NCBI GenBank assembly: GCA_051658845.1
Contig: JBOFNI010000109.1
Coordinates: 153 to 64,152 of the forward strand
Length of the DNA: 64,000 nucleotides
Direction: 5' to 3'
Origin: Brevinema sp.
Lineage (GTDB): Bacteria > Spirochaetota > Brevinematia > Brevinematales > Brevinemataceae
Part shown: in pieces, positions 8,878 through 17,802 of the stretch
How the letters are laid out: the number at the start of each line of letters is the position of its first letter
How positions within the stretch are numbered: position 1 is the stretch's first letter
The notes under the pieces: generated by a model
Seen by the model: the letters and a program-made list of their open reading frames with translations, nothing else
Databases searched by the model: none
Told to the model about the DNA's origin: nothing
Program-made: the position numbers and the translations under genes

Positions 8878-9756
8878 TTATGAATCTAGCTTTAGTAATA
8901 CATTATCAACTACGAAATCTTTATTAATTTTTTTAATCATTCCTTGGATAACCGTACCTGCACTAAGCTCTATACCATGATTAAATCCTTTTTCATAAAG
9001 AAAATTCACTGTTTGTACCCATTGGACAGGGCTTTTCATCTGCAAAGGAAGTAATTCATAAGCCGATTGCTCATCATAGAATTCTCCTGTAACATTAGAA
9101 ACAATAGGACATATAGGTTTTTGAAATCCCACACTTCGGACGACTTTTTTGAATTCTTCCGCAGCCTCTTCCATCAATTTTGAATGAAACGCACCACTTA
9201 CGGCTAATGGAAGAATACGTTTTGCTCCTACAGCCAATAACTTTTCTTCAGCTAATTTAATCCCCTCTTTGAAACCAGATATTACAACCTGCCCTGGCGT
9301 ATTAAAATTTACCGGTTCAACATAAGGAGATATTTCGGAACATACAGAAATAATCGTTTCATCATCTAATCCTAAGACAACTGCCATCGCCCCCTTATGG
9401 GTAGGATCTGCATCAGCCATTAAAGTACCACGCTGTTGAACAAGACGAAGGGTATCTTCAAAATTAAGCATCTCTGATGCAAGAAGAGCAGAAAATTCTC
9501 CTAAAGAATGTCCTGCAGTAGCTGTAGGACGGATATTTTTCTTGCTCAGCAATCGAATAAAGACATACTGATACACCAATATTGCAGGTTGGGCATATTT
9601 GGTATTCAAGAGATCCTCTTCGGATAATTGCTGAAGATCCATCCCTAAAATATCATTAGCTTGTTGATAAATCTCTTGAGCAAGGGGATATTTATCAATA
9701 AGATCTTTTCCCATACCGACAAATTGGGATCCTTGACCCGGAAAAAAGAATACCAT
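8878..9756 (-). CDS. fabD: malonyl CoA-ACP transacylase
   Basis: FFFPGQGSQFVGMG and active-site GHSLGEFSAL. ATG at 9756 (MVFFFPGQGSQ) has a GAGGT-type RBS. The 20-codon upstream extension in the track is unlikely. Confidence 0.9.
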   Translation of the reverse strand: MVFFFPGQGSQFVGMGKDLIDKYPLAQEIYQQANDILGMDLQQLSEEDLLNTKYAQPAILVYQYVFIRLLSKKNIRPTATAGHSLGEFSALLASEMLNFEDTLRLVQQRGTLMADADPTHKGAMAVVLGLDDETIISVCSEISPYVEPVNFNTPGQVVISGFKEGIKLAEEKLLAVGAKRILPLAVSGAFHSKLMEEAAEEFKKVVRSVGFQKPICPIVSNVTGEFYDEQSAYELLPLQMKSPVQWVQTVNFLYEKGFNHGIELSAGTVIQGMIKKINKDFVVDNVLLKLDS

Positions 9757-9827
9757 ACTTACCTCTTCTCTATTAATAATTTTATAAATTATACAATAAT
9801 TTTTCATCATTTTCAAGAGATCTACTA

Positions 9828-10655
9828 TTACTCTTCATTAAATCGTGCAATAATTTCATTTGTTCCAATCATTTTTTGATAAAAATAGGGGAGATCTCCA
9901 ATCCCAGCTTCAAATTGCAAGACATAAGATAATACTGCAAAAACATCACCGGTAGAAATCATCGATTTAGAAGATTCAATAATAAGAACGAATATTAACA
10001 TTCCTAAAATCCCTAGATATAGCAACGCATAAACAGCCGATTCTAAATCGGATAATTGAATTCTCCGGAGATTCATCAATCGAAAATAAGGAAGAAATAC
10101 TCTTGTTTTATATTTCACTAAACTATTAATATACGATTCATAGTGATTATTTAAAGATCGGTTCAACTTAAAAATTCTTTTTGTAATAATACTATAAATA
10201 ACTGTGATCATTATACATAGTAATAAAGAAACCATCAGATAAGAGATCCGAAATTGTGCTAGAATGATTAAAGCACCAATAATTTGAATCAGTGATTCCA
10301 TAAACATAGGAATATCTTCGTTAATTGTAGCAATCACATCTGCAGATAATTCTATACGAGATATAGACACTTCAGTAGAATTTTCAAAAATTTGATTAGC
10401 AAGGTGAAAATGCATTTTTGAATAGATCCTTGTGTCTACAATTCGCCGTACCGTTCCAATAAGGATACCACAAAGATAAATAGCCACCATGACCAGTAGG
10501 GGTATATAGTCACCGGCTATCCCCCCATCAATAGCTTTTCCAATAAATAAAGGTTGTACCAAAAAAAGAATATTTTCTAGTACTAATAACAAAAACGTTC
10601 CTAAAACTTGGTATTTATAGGCTTGGAGCATAGACTGGATACTTATTTTTTTCAT
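9828..10655 (-). CDS. stand-alone ABC-exporter-type six-TM domain protein (no ATPase domain)
   Basis: 275 aa. N-terminus ..YKYQVLGTFLLLVLENILFLVQPLFIGKAIDG.. is typical of type I ABC exporter transmembrane domains. No Walker or signature motifs, and no room for an NBD before fabD. Confidence 0.6.
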   Translation of the reverse strand: MKKISIQSMLQAYKYQVLGTFLLLVLENILFLVQPLFIGKAIDGGIAGDYIPLLVMVAIYLCGILIGTVRRIVDTRIYSKMHFHLANQIFENSTEVSISRIELSADVIATINEDIPMFMESLIQIIGALIILAQFRISYLMVSLLLCIMITVIYSIITKRIFKLNRSLNNHYESYINSLVKYKTRVFLPYFRLMNLRRIQLSDLESAVYALLYLGILGMLIFVLIIESSKSMISTGDVFAVLSYVLQFEAGIGDLPYFYQKMIGTNEIIARFNEE

Positions 10656-10722
10656 CTTTAATTCCTAATTGATTAATATTCTATAATTAGAAGATAATAA
10701 GTAATTTTTTAGAAAATAAAAT

Positions 10723-10764
10723 AGTCAATAAAAATATAGTGATAAAACTGTATTTTTATTGACT
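10723..10764. repeat. perfect 14-bp inverted repeat upstream of ABC-TMD gene
   Basis: AGTCAATAAAAATA (10723-10736), 14-nt spacer, TATTTTTATTGACT (10751-10764). Confidence 0.7.
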
Positions 10765-10922
10765 ACTTATTAATAAAAGAGATTAACGATCATTATACAC
10801 TCTCTCTTATATAAAAATTTAACATTAGATGATTAGGTAGTGTGTACTCACTCCCAATATTTTTAATAATTTATTCCTATGATATTCATTAAAGGTATAA
10901 TCAGTAATTATTTAAAATAATG

Positions 10923-10959
10923 AAACTCCTGTAGAATTATTCGTTCCGTACAGGAGTTT
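10923..10959. terminator. hairpin downstream of the minus-strand small ORFs
   Basis: AAACTCCTGTA (10923-10933) pairs with TACAGGAGTTT (10949-10959) over a 15-nt loop. T/A-rich flanks on both strands. Confidence 0.5.
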
Positions 10960-10982
10960 TATCTATATCGGATGATCAAATC

Positions 10983-11135
10983 TTACTTACGTCTTCTAAG
11001 ACCTAATTCAGAAGAACGTATAGGGGTAGCAAATAAAGAAACCGCTCTAAAAAAATGGACTAATCGTTTCGTACGATAAGCTGGATAAGAACAAGTCTTC
11101 GATAATTGGGTATTTGCAAGAGCTTCTCTCGTCAT
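10983..11135 (-). CDS. possible 50-aa basic small protein (not in ORF track)
   Basis: ATG at 11135 preceded by GGAGG (rc of 11140-11144, 4-nt spacer). Translation MTREALANTQLSKTCSYPAYRTKRLVHFFRAVSLFATPIRSSELGLRRRK*, followed by the hairpin at 10923-10959. No family recognised. Confidence 0.3.
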   Translation of the reverse strand: MTREALANTQLSKTCSYPAYRTKRLVHFFRAVSLFATPIRSSELGLRRRK

Positions 11136-11232
11136 ATTTCCTCCAATTTATTAATAATAAACTCTCTAAATTATCGGAAATATTCTTACAAATCATAAGT
11201 AAAAAAATAATTTTTCTTAACAATAGTCTTTT

Positions 11233-11370
11233 TTATTTTGAACAGCTCGTATCTTTATTACAACGACTACAAGTACCACAAGTTTTACCGGATCTTATCA
11301 AATTCCAAATATTTTTTATTCCAATAATGAGAATAGGACTAATTACAAATAAGACTATCAAATCTTTCAT
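11233..11370 (-). CDS. FeoB-associated Cys-rich membrane protein (45 aa, not in ORF track)
   Basis: rc translation MKDLIVLFVISPILIIGIKNIWNLIRSGKTCGTCSRCNKDTSCSK*: one N-terminal TM helix, a basic patch, then a CxxCxxC...C tail, as in that small-protein family. AGAGGA lies 6 nt upstream. Adjacent to feoAB. Confidence 0.6.
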   Translation of the reverse strand: MKDLIVLFVISPILIIGIKNIWNLIRSGKTCGTCSRCNKDTSCSK

Positions 11371-11477
11371 CACATTCCTCTCAATATATATTTTATATTA
11401 TAATAAATTTCAATAGGCAATATCAAGAAAACAAAATAAAAAACTTTTAGAAATATCGTATATTTTTTACTAAATAG

Positions 11478-11507
11478 TTGCAATGGCTTATTATTCTATT
11501 GTAGAAT
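11478..11507 (+). promoter_or_regulatory. candidate sigma70-type promoter for feoAB
   Basis: TTGCAA (11478-11483), 18-nt spacer, TAGAAT (11502-11507), about 35 nt upstream of the feoA ATG. Confidence 0.35.
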
Positions 11508-11541
11508 ATAAGTGTATACCATTAATTAAAAGGAGCTAGTT

Positions 11542-11799
11542 ATGTCAGTCTGTCCTGCACTAGCATTATTAGATAAAGAATGCAAAGATTGTATCGCCGT
11601 TATTGAAAATTTGGATAATCTCGATCAACAATTACAATATCAGCTGACACGTTTAGGGATTTGTAAAGGTTGCCCTATTTCACTCGCTCAAAATACAATA
11701 TTCTCCGATCCTATCGTCTTCAATATAAACAATTCCAAAGTTGCCCTCAGAAAAAAAGATGCGGCTCGCATCAGTATCCATCTTACCAAAATAAAATAA
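11542..11799 (+). CDS. feoA: ferrous iron transport protein FeoA
   Basis: 85-aa protein with FeoA-like pattern (..LTRLGICKGCPISL....VALRKKDAARISI..), immediately upstream of feoB. AGGAG RBS. Confidence 0.8.
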   Translation: MSVCPALALLDKECKDCIAVIENLDNLDQQLQYQLTRLGICKGCPISLAQNTIFSDPIVFNINNSKVALRKKDAARISIHLTKIK

Positions 11800-11817
11800 G
11801 GAAGAATAAAAGCCTCT

Positions 11818-13986
11818 ATGAAAAATATTTTGCTCGTTGGAAATCCTAATGTAGGCAAAACAGCCATTTTAAATAAATTATCAGGTTCGACTTATAATAT
11901 AGGAAATTGGGCTGGTGTTACCGTTGCCCGTCAAGAAGGGATCTTAAATACAGATAAAGAAACTTTACATTTACTTGATCTTCCAGGGATTTACAGTTTG
12001 ATTCCCTGTTCGGAAGACGAATATATTAGTATTCAAGAAATTTTTACAGGTAATTATGATTTAATTATTAATGTTATCGACCTCAACGAGCTTCATCAAA
12101 ACCTTATGCTTACTGCAGAATTATTAGAATTGGGGGTACCCATGATCGGTATTCTCAATTTCTATGATGAATTTGAAAAAAATTATGAACTTGATATGGT
12201 AACACTACAAGATTTATTAAAAATCCCAATTATCCCTACAAGTGCTCATACCAGCCAAGGACTTGAAGAATTAAAACACATGCTAAGCCTTACCGATAAC
12301 TACTCTTCATGGATTTCTCCGCTACGTATTACCAAAAATAAAGAATATCAAGACTTAGTTCATCTTTTTCCTACAGCAGAAATCCGTTACCCTTTAGCTG
12401 GAATTTCACCATTAATAGACCCAGCACTTATCTATAATTATCTAAGTATCAAACACCCCCTTTTTATCAATCGTTTTCACCTTGACCCTAAAGAACTCAC
12501 AAATTCTTTAGAACAAAATCAAGATCATCTCCCAAACTATTTAGATGATATTATCCAAAAAAAAGAATTTATTATTACTCAAGCCCCTGTGAGTATAAAA
12601 GAGGGGTGTAAAGATAAGCATAATTTTATAAAATATGTGGATCATTTTTTACTGCACCCTATTTTTGGCTACTTATTTTTTGCGATTATTATGGGTGGTC
12701 TCTTTACCATGGTGTTTAATATTGCCAATCCTTTTATTGATTTTATCGACTGGCTTATTGGAGAAAAAATAACACTATATGCCAATATGTTATTACAAGG
12801 AACACGCCCTGAATTACATTCTTTTATTGTTGAAGGTCTCATTGGAGGAGTTGGTGGAGTTATTACTTTTGTTCCTTTAATTTTCATTCTTTATATATTT
12901 TTGGCTTTTCTTGAAGAAAGCGGTTATTTAGCTCGTATAGCCATCTTATTAGAACATCCATTTTCCAAAATCGGTTTATCTGGTAAAGCATTTTTCCCTA
13001 TGTTACTGGGCTTTGGATGTACTGTTCCTGCAATATACGGATCTCGAGTTTTAGAAACACCAGCCTTACGACAACTTACAGCAATTATCTCCTCATTAAT
13101 TTCCTGTGGGGCTCGTCTTCCTGTTTATGTTCTATTTATTTCCGCATTTTTTCCAAATAATAGTGGATTAATCCTTTTGAGCCTTTATCTTCTTGGGATT
13201 TTTCTTGCTATCATATTAGCGTTTATCATCTCTCGATTTCCAGATTTTTCATCAAAAAATAGCTGTTTTGTTTTGGTACTGCCAAATTATCGTTTTCCTA
13301 ATTTATCGATTGTAAGTCGTAAAGCATTGGTACACGCTTCCGGATATCTAAAAAAAGCTGGAGGGATTATTTTAGGAATGCTCATGCTTATGTGGGTATT
13401 TTCTTATTTTCCATCTAATGGAGATGTAGCTAATTCCTATATGGCAACTGTGGGTAAAAAAATCCAGCCGATCTTCAAACCTCTAGGATTCGGAGATCGT
13501 TGGGAGCCTGTTGTTTCTATTATTCCTTCTCTTGTTGCTAAAGAATCAGTGGTAGGTTTTTTCGGTCAAGTATTATTGGAAAATAATTTTGAAGAATCCG
13601 AAAATCCGAATTATCCAGAATTAACAATCTCTGAAGAAGTTCAAGAAATTGGATTAGTATTTTTAGATACCGTAAAATCATCCATTTTTGGGCTAATCAG
13701 TTGGAACTTTTTTAATATCAAACAATTTGATCTTGAAGAAAATAGAAGAATAGACGAAGAATCTGGATTAGTATATCGTTTATCTCAACTATGGACGGAT
13801 GAACATCGTTCAAAAAAAGCCTACTCTTTTATGATTTTTATTCTTCTTACTTTACCATGTGTCGTTGCTACGGGAGCACTCAAACAAGAGTTATCAAATA
13901 AAAATTTTATCTTCACGGTTCTTCTTTATCTAGTTCTTCCTTTTCTTTGTTCTTTAATTTATTATCAAACAGCAATTTTATTTTAG
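11818..13986 (+). CDS. feoB: ferrous iron transporter FeoB
   Basis: N-terminal G-domain (VGNPNVGKT, DLPG) followed by a polytopic membrane domain. 722 aa. Confidence 0.93.
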   Translation: MKNILLVGNPNVGKTAILNKLSGSTYNIGNWAGVTVARQEGILNTDKETLHLLDLPGIYSLIPCSEDEYISIQEIFTGNYDLIINVIDLNELHQNLMLTAELLELGVPMIGILNFYDEFEKNYELDMVTLQDLLKIPIIPTSAHTSQGLEELKHMLSLTDNYSSWISPLRITKNKEYQDLVHLFPTAEIRYPLAGISPLIDPALIYNYLSIKHPLFINRFHLDPKELTNSLEQNQDHLPNYLDDIIQKKEFIITQAPVSIKEGCKDKHNFIKYVDHFLLHPIFGYLFFAIIMGGLFTMVFNIANPFIDFIDWLIGEKITLYANMLLQGTRPELHSFIVEGLIGGVGGVITFVPLIFILYIFLAFLEESGYLARIAILLEHPFSKIGLSGKAFFPMLLGFGCTVPAIYGSRVLETPALRQLTAIISSLISCGARLPVYVLFISAFFPNNSGLILLSLYLLGIFLAIILAFIISRFPDFSSKNSCFVLVLPNYRFPNLSIVSRKALVHASGYLKKAGGIILGMLMLMWVFSYFPSNGDVANSYMATVGKKIQPIFKPLGFGDRWEPVVSIIPSLVAKESVVGFFGQVLLENNFEESENPNYPELTISEEVQEIGLVFLDTVKSSIFGLISWNFFNIKQFDLEENRRIDEESGLVYRLSQLWTDEHRSKKAYSFMIFILLTLPCVVATGALKQELSNKNFIFTVLLYLVLPFLCSLIYYQTAILF

Positions 13987-13990
13987 ATAA

Positions 13991-14020
13991 AAAAACTCCC
14001 TCAAATGAGGGAGTTTTTTT
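13991..14020. terminator. bidirectional rho-independent terminator (feoB / mglC convergent)
   Basis: AAAAACTCCCTC-aaat-GAGGGAGTTTTTTTTT: perfect stem with an A-run on one side and a T-run on the other. Confidence 0.8.
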
Positions 14021-15004
14021 TTATGCTCTACGTTTTCTCATATCGAAAGCAATCGCCATAATAATAATTAAACCTTTGATAATCTGTTGCCAGTAAGGAG
14101 AAACCCCTAGAATTACTAAGCCATTACTCAATACTTCAAAAATTAATACTCCGGTAATAATACCACTCACCCGTCCTATACCACCGGTTGTCGAAATCCC
14201 CCCAATGGTACACGCCGCAATCGCATCAAGCTCATACATCGTAGCATAATTGTTTGTAGCTCCACCAGTACGTGCTGCTAAAAGAAGTCCGGCAAGCCCG
14301 TAAAGAGCACCAGCAGTAGCATAAGTTTTAATCAAGGTCAGATTAATATTGATCCCTGATACTAACGTTGCTATAGGATTCCCACCAATTGCATAAATAT
14401 ATTTACCCAATACCATTTTATTTAAAATAAACCAAATAATAAAAATAATAGTACCTGCAAATAAAATTAGATTGGGGAGAAATAAGGTAGATCCTGTCCC
14501 CAAGTTAATAAAATCCTGTCTCAAACCACCAATTGGTTTGGCATCCGTATAAATCGAAGATATTCCATAAACAATGATCATCATTCCTAATGTTGCAATA
14601 AACGGAGGAATCTTAAAGGTTGTAATCACTATTCCATTCATCATCCCTATAAACATACCAACAGCTAAAACAGCAAAAAAAGGAACAATCAACGGTAATA
14701 AAGGAAGATTAGGAAACATTTTATCAGCATAATCCGCATGTTGCATCAATGAAGCTGCGATACAAGCGGTCAAACCAACAATCCGTCCTGAAGATAGATC
14801 TGTCCCTCTTGTAATTAAGATACAACCCACTCCCAATGCAATAATTACCCTAACAGAAGAAATTCTTAATATATTTAATAAATTAGGAATTGTTAAAAAA
14901 GAAGGCTTAATTAAGCCAATTCCGATGACCAATAATAACAAAACCAAATAAATTCCGCTATTGGAACAGAACGCATAAATCTTTTTTAGAGTACTATCCT
15001 GCAT
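14021..15004 (-). CDS. mglC: galactose/methyl-galactoside ABC transporter permease
   Basis: 327-aa CUT2-type permease (..RGTDLSSGRIVGL..), downstream of mglA and mglB homologues. Confidence 0.85.
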   Translation of the reverse strand: MQDSTLKKIYAFCSNSGIYLVLLLLVIGIGLIKPSFLTIPNLLNILRISSVRVIIALGVGCILITRGTDLSSGRIVGLTACIAASLMQHADYADKMFPNLPLLPLIVPFFAVLAVGMFIGMMNGIVITTFKIPPFIATLGMMIIVYGISSIYTDAKPIGGLRQDFINLGTGSTLFLPNLILFAGTIIFIIWFILNKMVLGKYIYAIGGNPIATLVSGININLTLIKTYATAGALYGLAGLLLAARTGGATNNYATMYELDAIAACTIGGISTTGGIGRVSGIITGVLIFEVLSNGLVILGVSPYWQQIIKGLIIIMAIAFDMRKRRA

Positions 15005-15013
15005 ACAAACTCC

Positions 15014-16513
15014 TTATAAAAATTCTGTTGCCAGACTCATAATTTTTTCTTGATTAAATTCTTCTTGAGTTAAAATACCACTTAAGAAACCATTACTCAT
15101 GACCATAATTCGATCAGAAACTCCAATTAACTCAGGCATTTCAGAAGAAATCATGATAATGGCTTTCCCCGCTCCTGCTAATTCATACATCAACTGATAA
15201 ACTTCATATTTGGCTCCGACATCAATTCCTCGGGTAGGCTCATCTAAAATTAAAATATCCGGTTCTGTAAGAAGCCAACGAGCAATAAGAGCTTTTTGTT
15301 GATTTCCTCCTGATAATGTTCCTATAAGCGTTTTAATTGATGCAGTTTTAACGTTAAGTTTGGATGTATATTCTTTTGCTATACTCTCGTTAATTTTATT
15401 ATTGGTAATCTTATTAAATTTTGCAAATTTAGGATAAGATGCCAACAAAATATTTGATTCTACGGATAAACAACTTACGATACCACTAGTCCGTCGATCT
15501 TCCGTTAATAAGGCAATTTTTGCCTTTTTAGCGTCAATTGGAGATCGTACATCTACCGATTCACCGTTGATAATAATCTCCCCTTGAGCTGGGCGAAGTC
15601 CAAAGATACTCTCGATTAATTCTGTTCGTTGAGCACCAACTAGACCCCCAACACCCAATATCTCTCCTTTTCTGAGGTCAAAATTAATCCCTCGAAAAGA
15701 ATTGGGAACAGACGAAGAATAATCACGTACTTGCATAATAATTTGCTCTTGGGCTTGATATTGTTTTAAAGGAAAACGATTATTTAATTGCCGTCCTACC
15801 ATTTTTGCAATAATATCATCAATAGACAATTCTTCCGTATCCCAAGATCCTATGTACTTACCATCTCTTAGAATCGTTAAGCGATCACAGATCTCTTTAA
15901 TTTCTTCCATTTTGTGAGATACATAGACAACAGATACACCAAACTCTTTTAATTGACGAATAATATTAAATAAATGCACTACTTCATTATCGGTAAGAGA
16001 AGAAGTAGGTTCATCCATAAAGATAATTTTAGCTTTACTGGAGACAGCCTTAGCGATTTCCAACATCTGCACCTGTGATACAGAAAGCTGTGCAACTGGT
16101 TTACGAGCATCAATATCCATATTGAGAGAAGCCAGTAATTTTTCCGTCTCTTGGTATAAATTTTGATGATCCACTAACAATCCTTTGACAGGGTAACGAC
16201 CTAACCAAATATTTTCGGCAACCGTCATTGCAGGAATAGGATGTAATTCCTGATGAATCATTGAAATCCCATAATCGAGAGCTTCTTTACTATTATGAAT
16301 CGTTACCATAACCCCATCAATAAAAATCTGTCCTGAATCAGAATGTTCAATCCCAAAGATACATTTCATTAGTGTTGATTTACCTGCCCCATTCTCTCCT
16401 ACTAACGCATGTACTTCTCCTGATTTTAATTGGAAATCCACCCCCTCCAAAGCCTTAACACCTGGAAAAGATTTATAGAGATTTTTAACTTCCAAACTTA
16501 AAATTTCTGACAT
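15014..16513 (-). CDS. mglA: galactose/methyl-galactoside ABC transporter ATP-binding protein (two NBDs)
   Basis: Walker A GENGAGKST plus a second NBD with LSGGNQQK and LILDEPTRGID. ATG at 16513 with GAGGGA RBS preferred over the track start at 16561. Confidence 0.9.
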   Translation of the reverse strand: MSEILSLEVKNLYKSFPGVKALEGVDFQLKSGEVHALVGENGAGKSTLMKCIFGIEHSDSGQIFIDGVMVTIHNSKEALDYGISMIHQELHPIPAMTVAENIWLGRYPVKGLLVDHQNLYQETEKLLASLNMDIDARKPVAQLSVSQVQMLEIAKAVSSKAKIIFMDEPTSSLTDNEVVHLFNIIRQLKEFGVSVVYVSHKMEEIKEICDRLTILRDGKYIGSWDTEELSIDDIIAKMVGRQLNNRFPLKQYQAQEQIIMQVRDYSSSVPNSFRGINFDLRKGEILGVGGLVGAQRTELIESIFGLRPAQGEIIINGESVDVRSPIDAKKAKIALLTEDRRTSGIVSCLSVESNILLASYPKFAKFNKITNNKINESIAKEYTSKLNVKTASIKTLIGTLSGGNQQKALIARWLLTEPDILILDEPTRGIDVGAKYEVYQLMYELAGAGKAIIMISSEMPELIGVSDRIMVMSNGFLSGILTQEEFNQEKIMSLATEFL

Positions 16514-16589
16514 TGGTATCCCTCTTTTATAGAAAATATATATAAATATACCCAGTAGCATTTACCGGGTATATTTATTATTAAGAATT

Positions 16590-17591
16590 TTATCTAAATT
16601 CCTGATAGTTATCTCTAGTAACAGCAACATAAGGAATCCAAAGATAGCGTTCATCTGTAAAAATATAAGGAAGAGAGTTTAGATTGGGTTCATCTTTTTG
16701 CAATTCTTTAAGAATATCAATAACAGCAGAACCTTGACCGACAGAATCATTTAATACTGTAGCGTAGAGGAATCCATCTTTTAACGAATCCAAAGCAGGT
16801 GCAGTCGCATCAACACCGATAACAGGAATATATTTATCCCCTTGAAAATAATTTTGTGCTTTTAATGCTTCAATAGCTCCTAAGGCCATATCATCATTAT
16901 TTGCAAGTACAGCTTCAATACTGTCTCCATAAGCAGACAACCAAGCAGCCATTTTTTCTTGACCGTTGACACGTTGCCACATACCCGTATCAGTTGCAAG
17001 TTGTTGTACTCTAATTCCAGCATCTCTTAATGCTTTTACAGAATATTCAGTCCGTAGAATTGCATCTTGGTGTCCTGGCTCTCCAGTAAGCATTACATAT
17101 TGTAATATTCCATCACCATTTCTATCGGCTGAGGGATTTTCTTTGAAATATTTGGCTAAAATTTCCCCTTGAATTTGACCGGATTCTTCAGCCTTTGCAC
17201 CAATATAATATAAACGATCCCAAGAATTCATATCTTCTACGGTTGGTTCTCTATTAAAAAATACAACAGGAATATCTGCTTGTTTCGCCTTACTAATAAT
17301 CACAGAAGCAGCAGTACGGTCAACCATATTAATACCCAATCCGTCATAACCTTCAACAATAAAGGTGTCAATAGAATCATTTTGGGTAGGTTGCTGGCTT
17401 TGTCCATCAGCAAAATTCAAATATGCTACCGTTGTTCCTAATTTGTTATGATTCTCCATTGCCGTTCTTACGCTGGAAATAAAAGTATCATCAAATTTAT
17501 ACAAACCGATCCCAAATTTATCTCCTTCTGCTGTTTGATTAGTACCACAACTAACCAATAATGCAATCAATCCAAAAGATATTTTTTTCAT
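16590..17591 (-). CDS. mglB: galactose/glucose-binding periplasmic lipoprotein
   Basis: Lipobox LLVSCG. ..GIGLYKFDDTFISSVRTAME...QNDSIDTFIVEGYDGLGINMVD...IPVVFFNREP.. parallels E. coli MglB (YKYDDNFMSVVRKAIE...QNDQID...VPVVFFNKEP). Confidence 0.9.
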   Translation of the reverse strand: MKKISFGLIALLVSCGTNQTAEGDKFGIGLYKFDDTFISSVRTAMENHNKLGTTVAYLNFADGQSQQPTQNDSIDTFIVEGYDGLGINMVDRTAASVIISKAKQADIPVVFFNREPTVEDMNSWDRLYYIGAKAEESGQIQGEILAKYFKENPSADRNGDGILQYVMLTGEPGHQDAILRTEYSVKALRDAGIRVQQLATDTGMWQRVNGQEKMAAWLSAYGDSIEAVLANNDDMALGAIEALKAQNYFQGDKYIPVIGVDATAPALDSLKDGFLYATVLNDSVGQGSAVIDILKELQKDEPNLNSLPYIFTDERYLWIPYVAVTRDNYQEFR

Positions 17592-17623
17592 ATAAATCTC
17601 CTTAGTAATATATATTATATAAT

Positions 17624-17651
17624 ATTATAACAGATTTAAGCATTATGTCAA
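17624..17651 (-). promoter_or_regulatory. candidate promoter for mglBAC
   Basis: Minus strand reads TTGACA (rc 17646-17651), 16 nt, TGtTATAAT (rc 17624-17633): an extended -10. Confidence 0.5.
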
Positions 17652-17696
17652 TATGTATTTAGATTATTTTATATGGTCAATATTGTAAATAGTATC

Positions 17697-17724
17697 TTGA
17701 CTTTTTATAAGGGTATGCTATAAT
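17697..17724 (+). promoter_or_regulatory. candidate promoter for galKTM
   Basis: TTGACT (17697-17702), 16 nt, TGcTATAAT (17716-17724): an extended -10, about 80 nt upstream of galK. Confidence 0.5.
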
Positions 17725-17802
17725 AATTTATATATTTTAGAAAACCAATTTTGAGTGCTTATTATAATCCAATAAAGAAATTAAATGTGTAGGAGTGTTT
17801 GT

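Noticed and set aside
11114-11416. 100-aa + strand ORF in the feo upstream region.
   Set aside because: TTG start and a low-complexity I/L/F/K translation. It overlaps two minus-strand small ORFs that have real RBSs, one of which has a recognisable family architecture.
11484-11500. Possible Fur box in the feoA promoter spacer.
   Set aside because: AT-rich but not matched to the GATAATGATAATCATTATC consensus beyond what composition would give, and I cannot score it reliably by eye.
17751-17760. GAGTGCT half-site resembling CIRCE, upstream of galK.
   Set aside because: Only one half is present with no TTAGCACTC partner at N9, and it lies in a sugar operon leader rather than a chaperone promoter.
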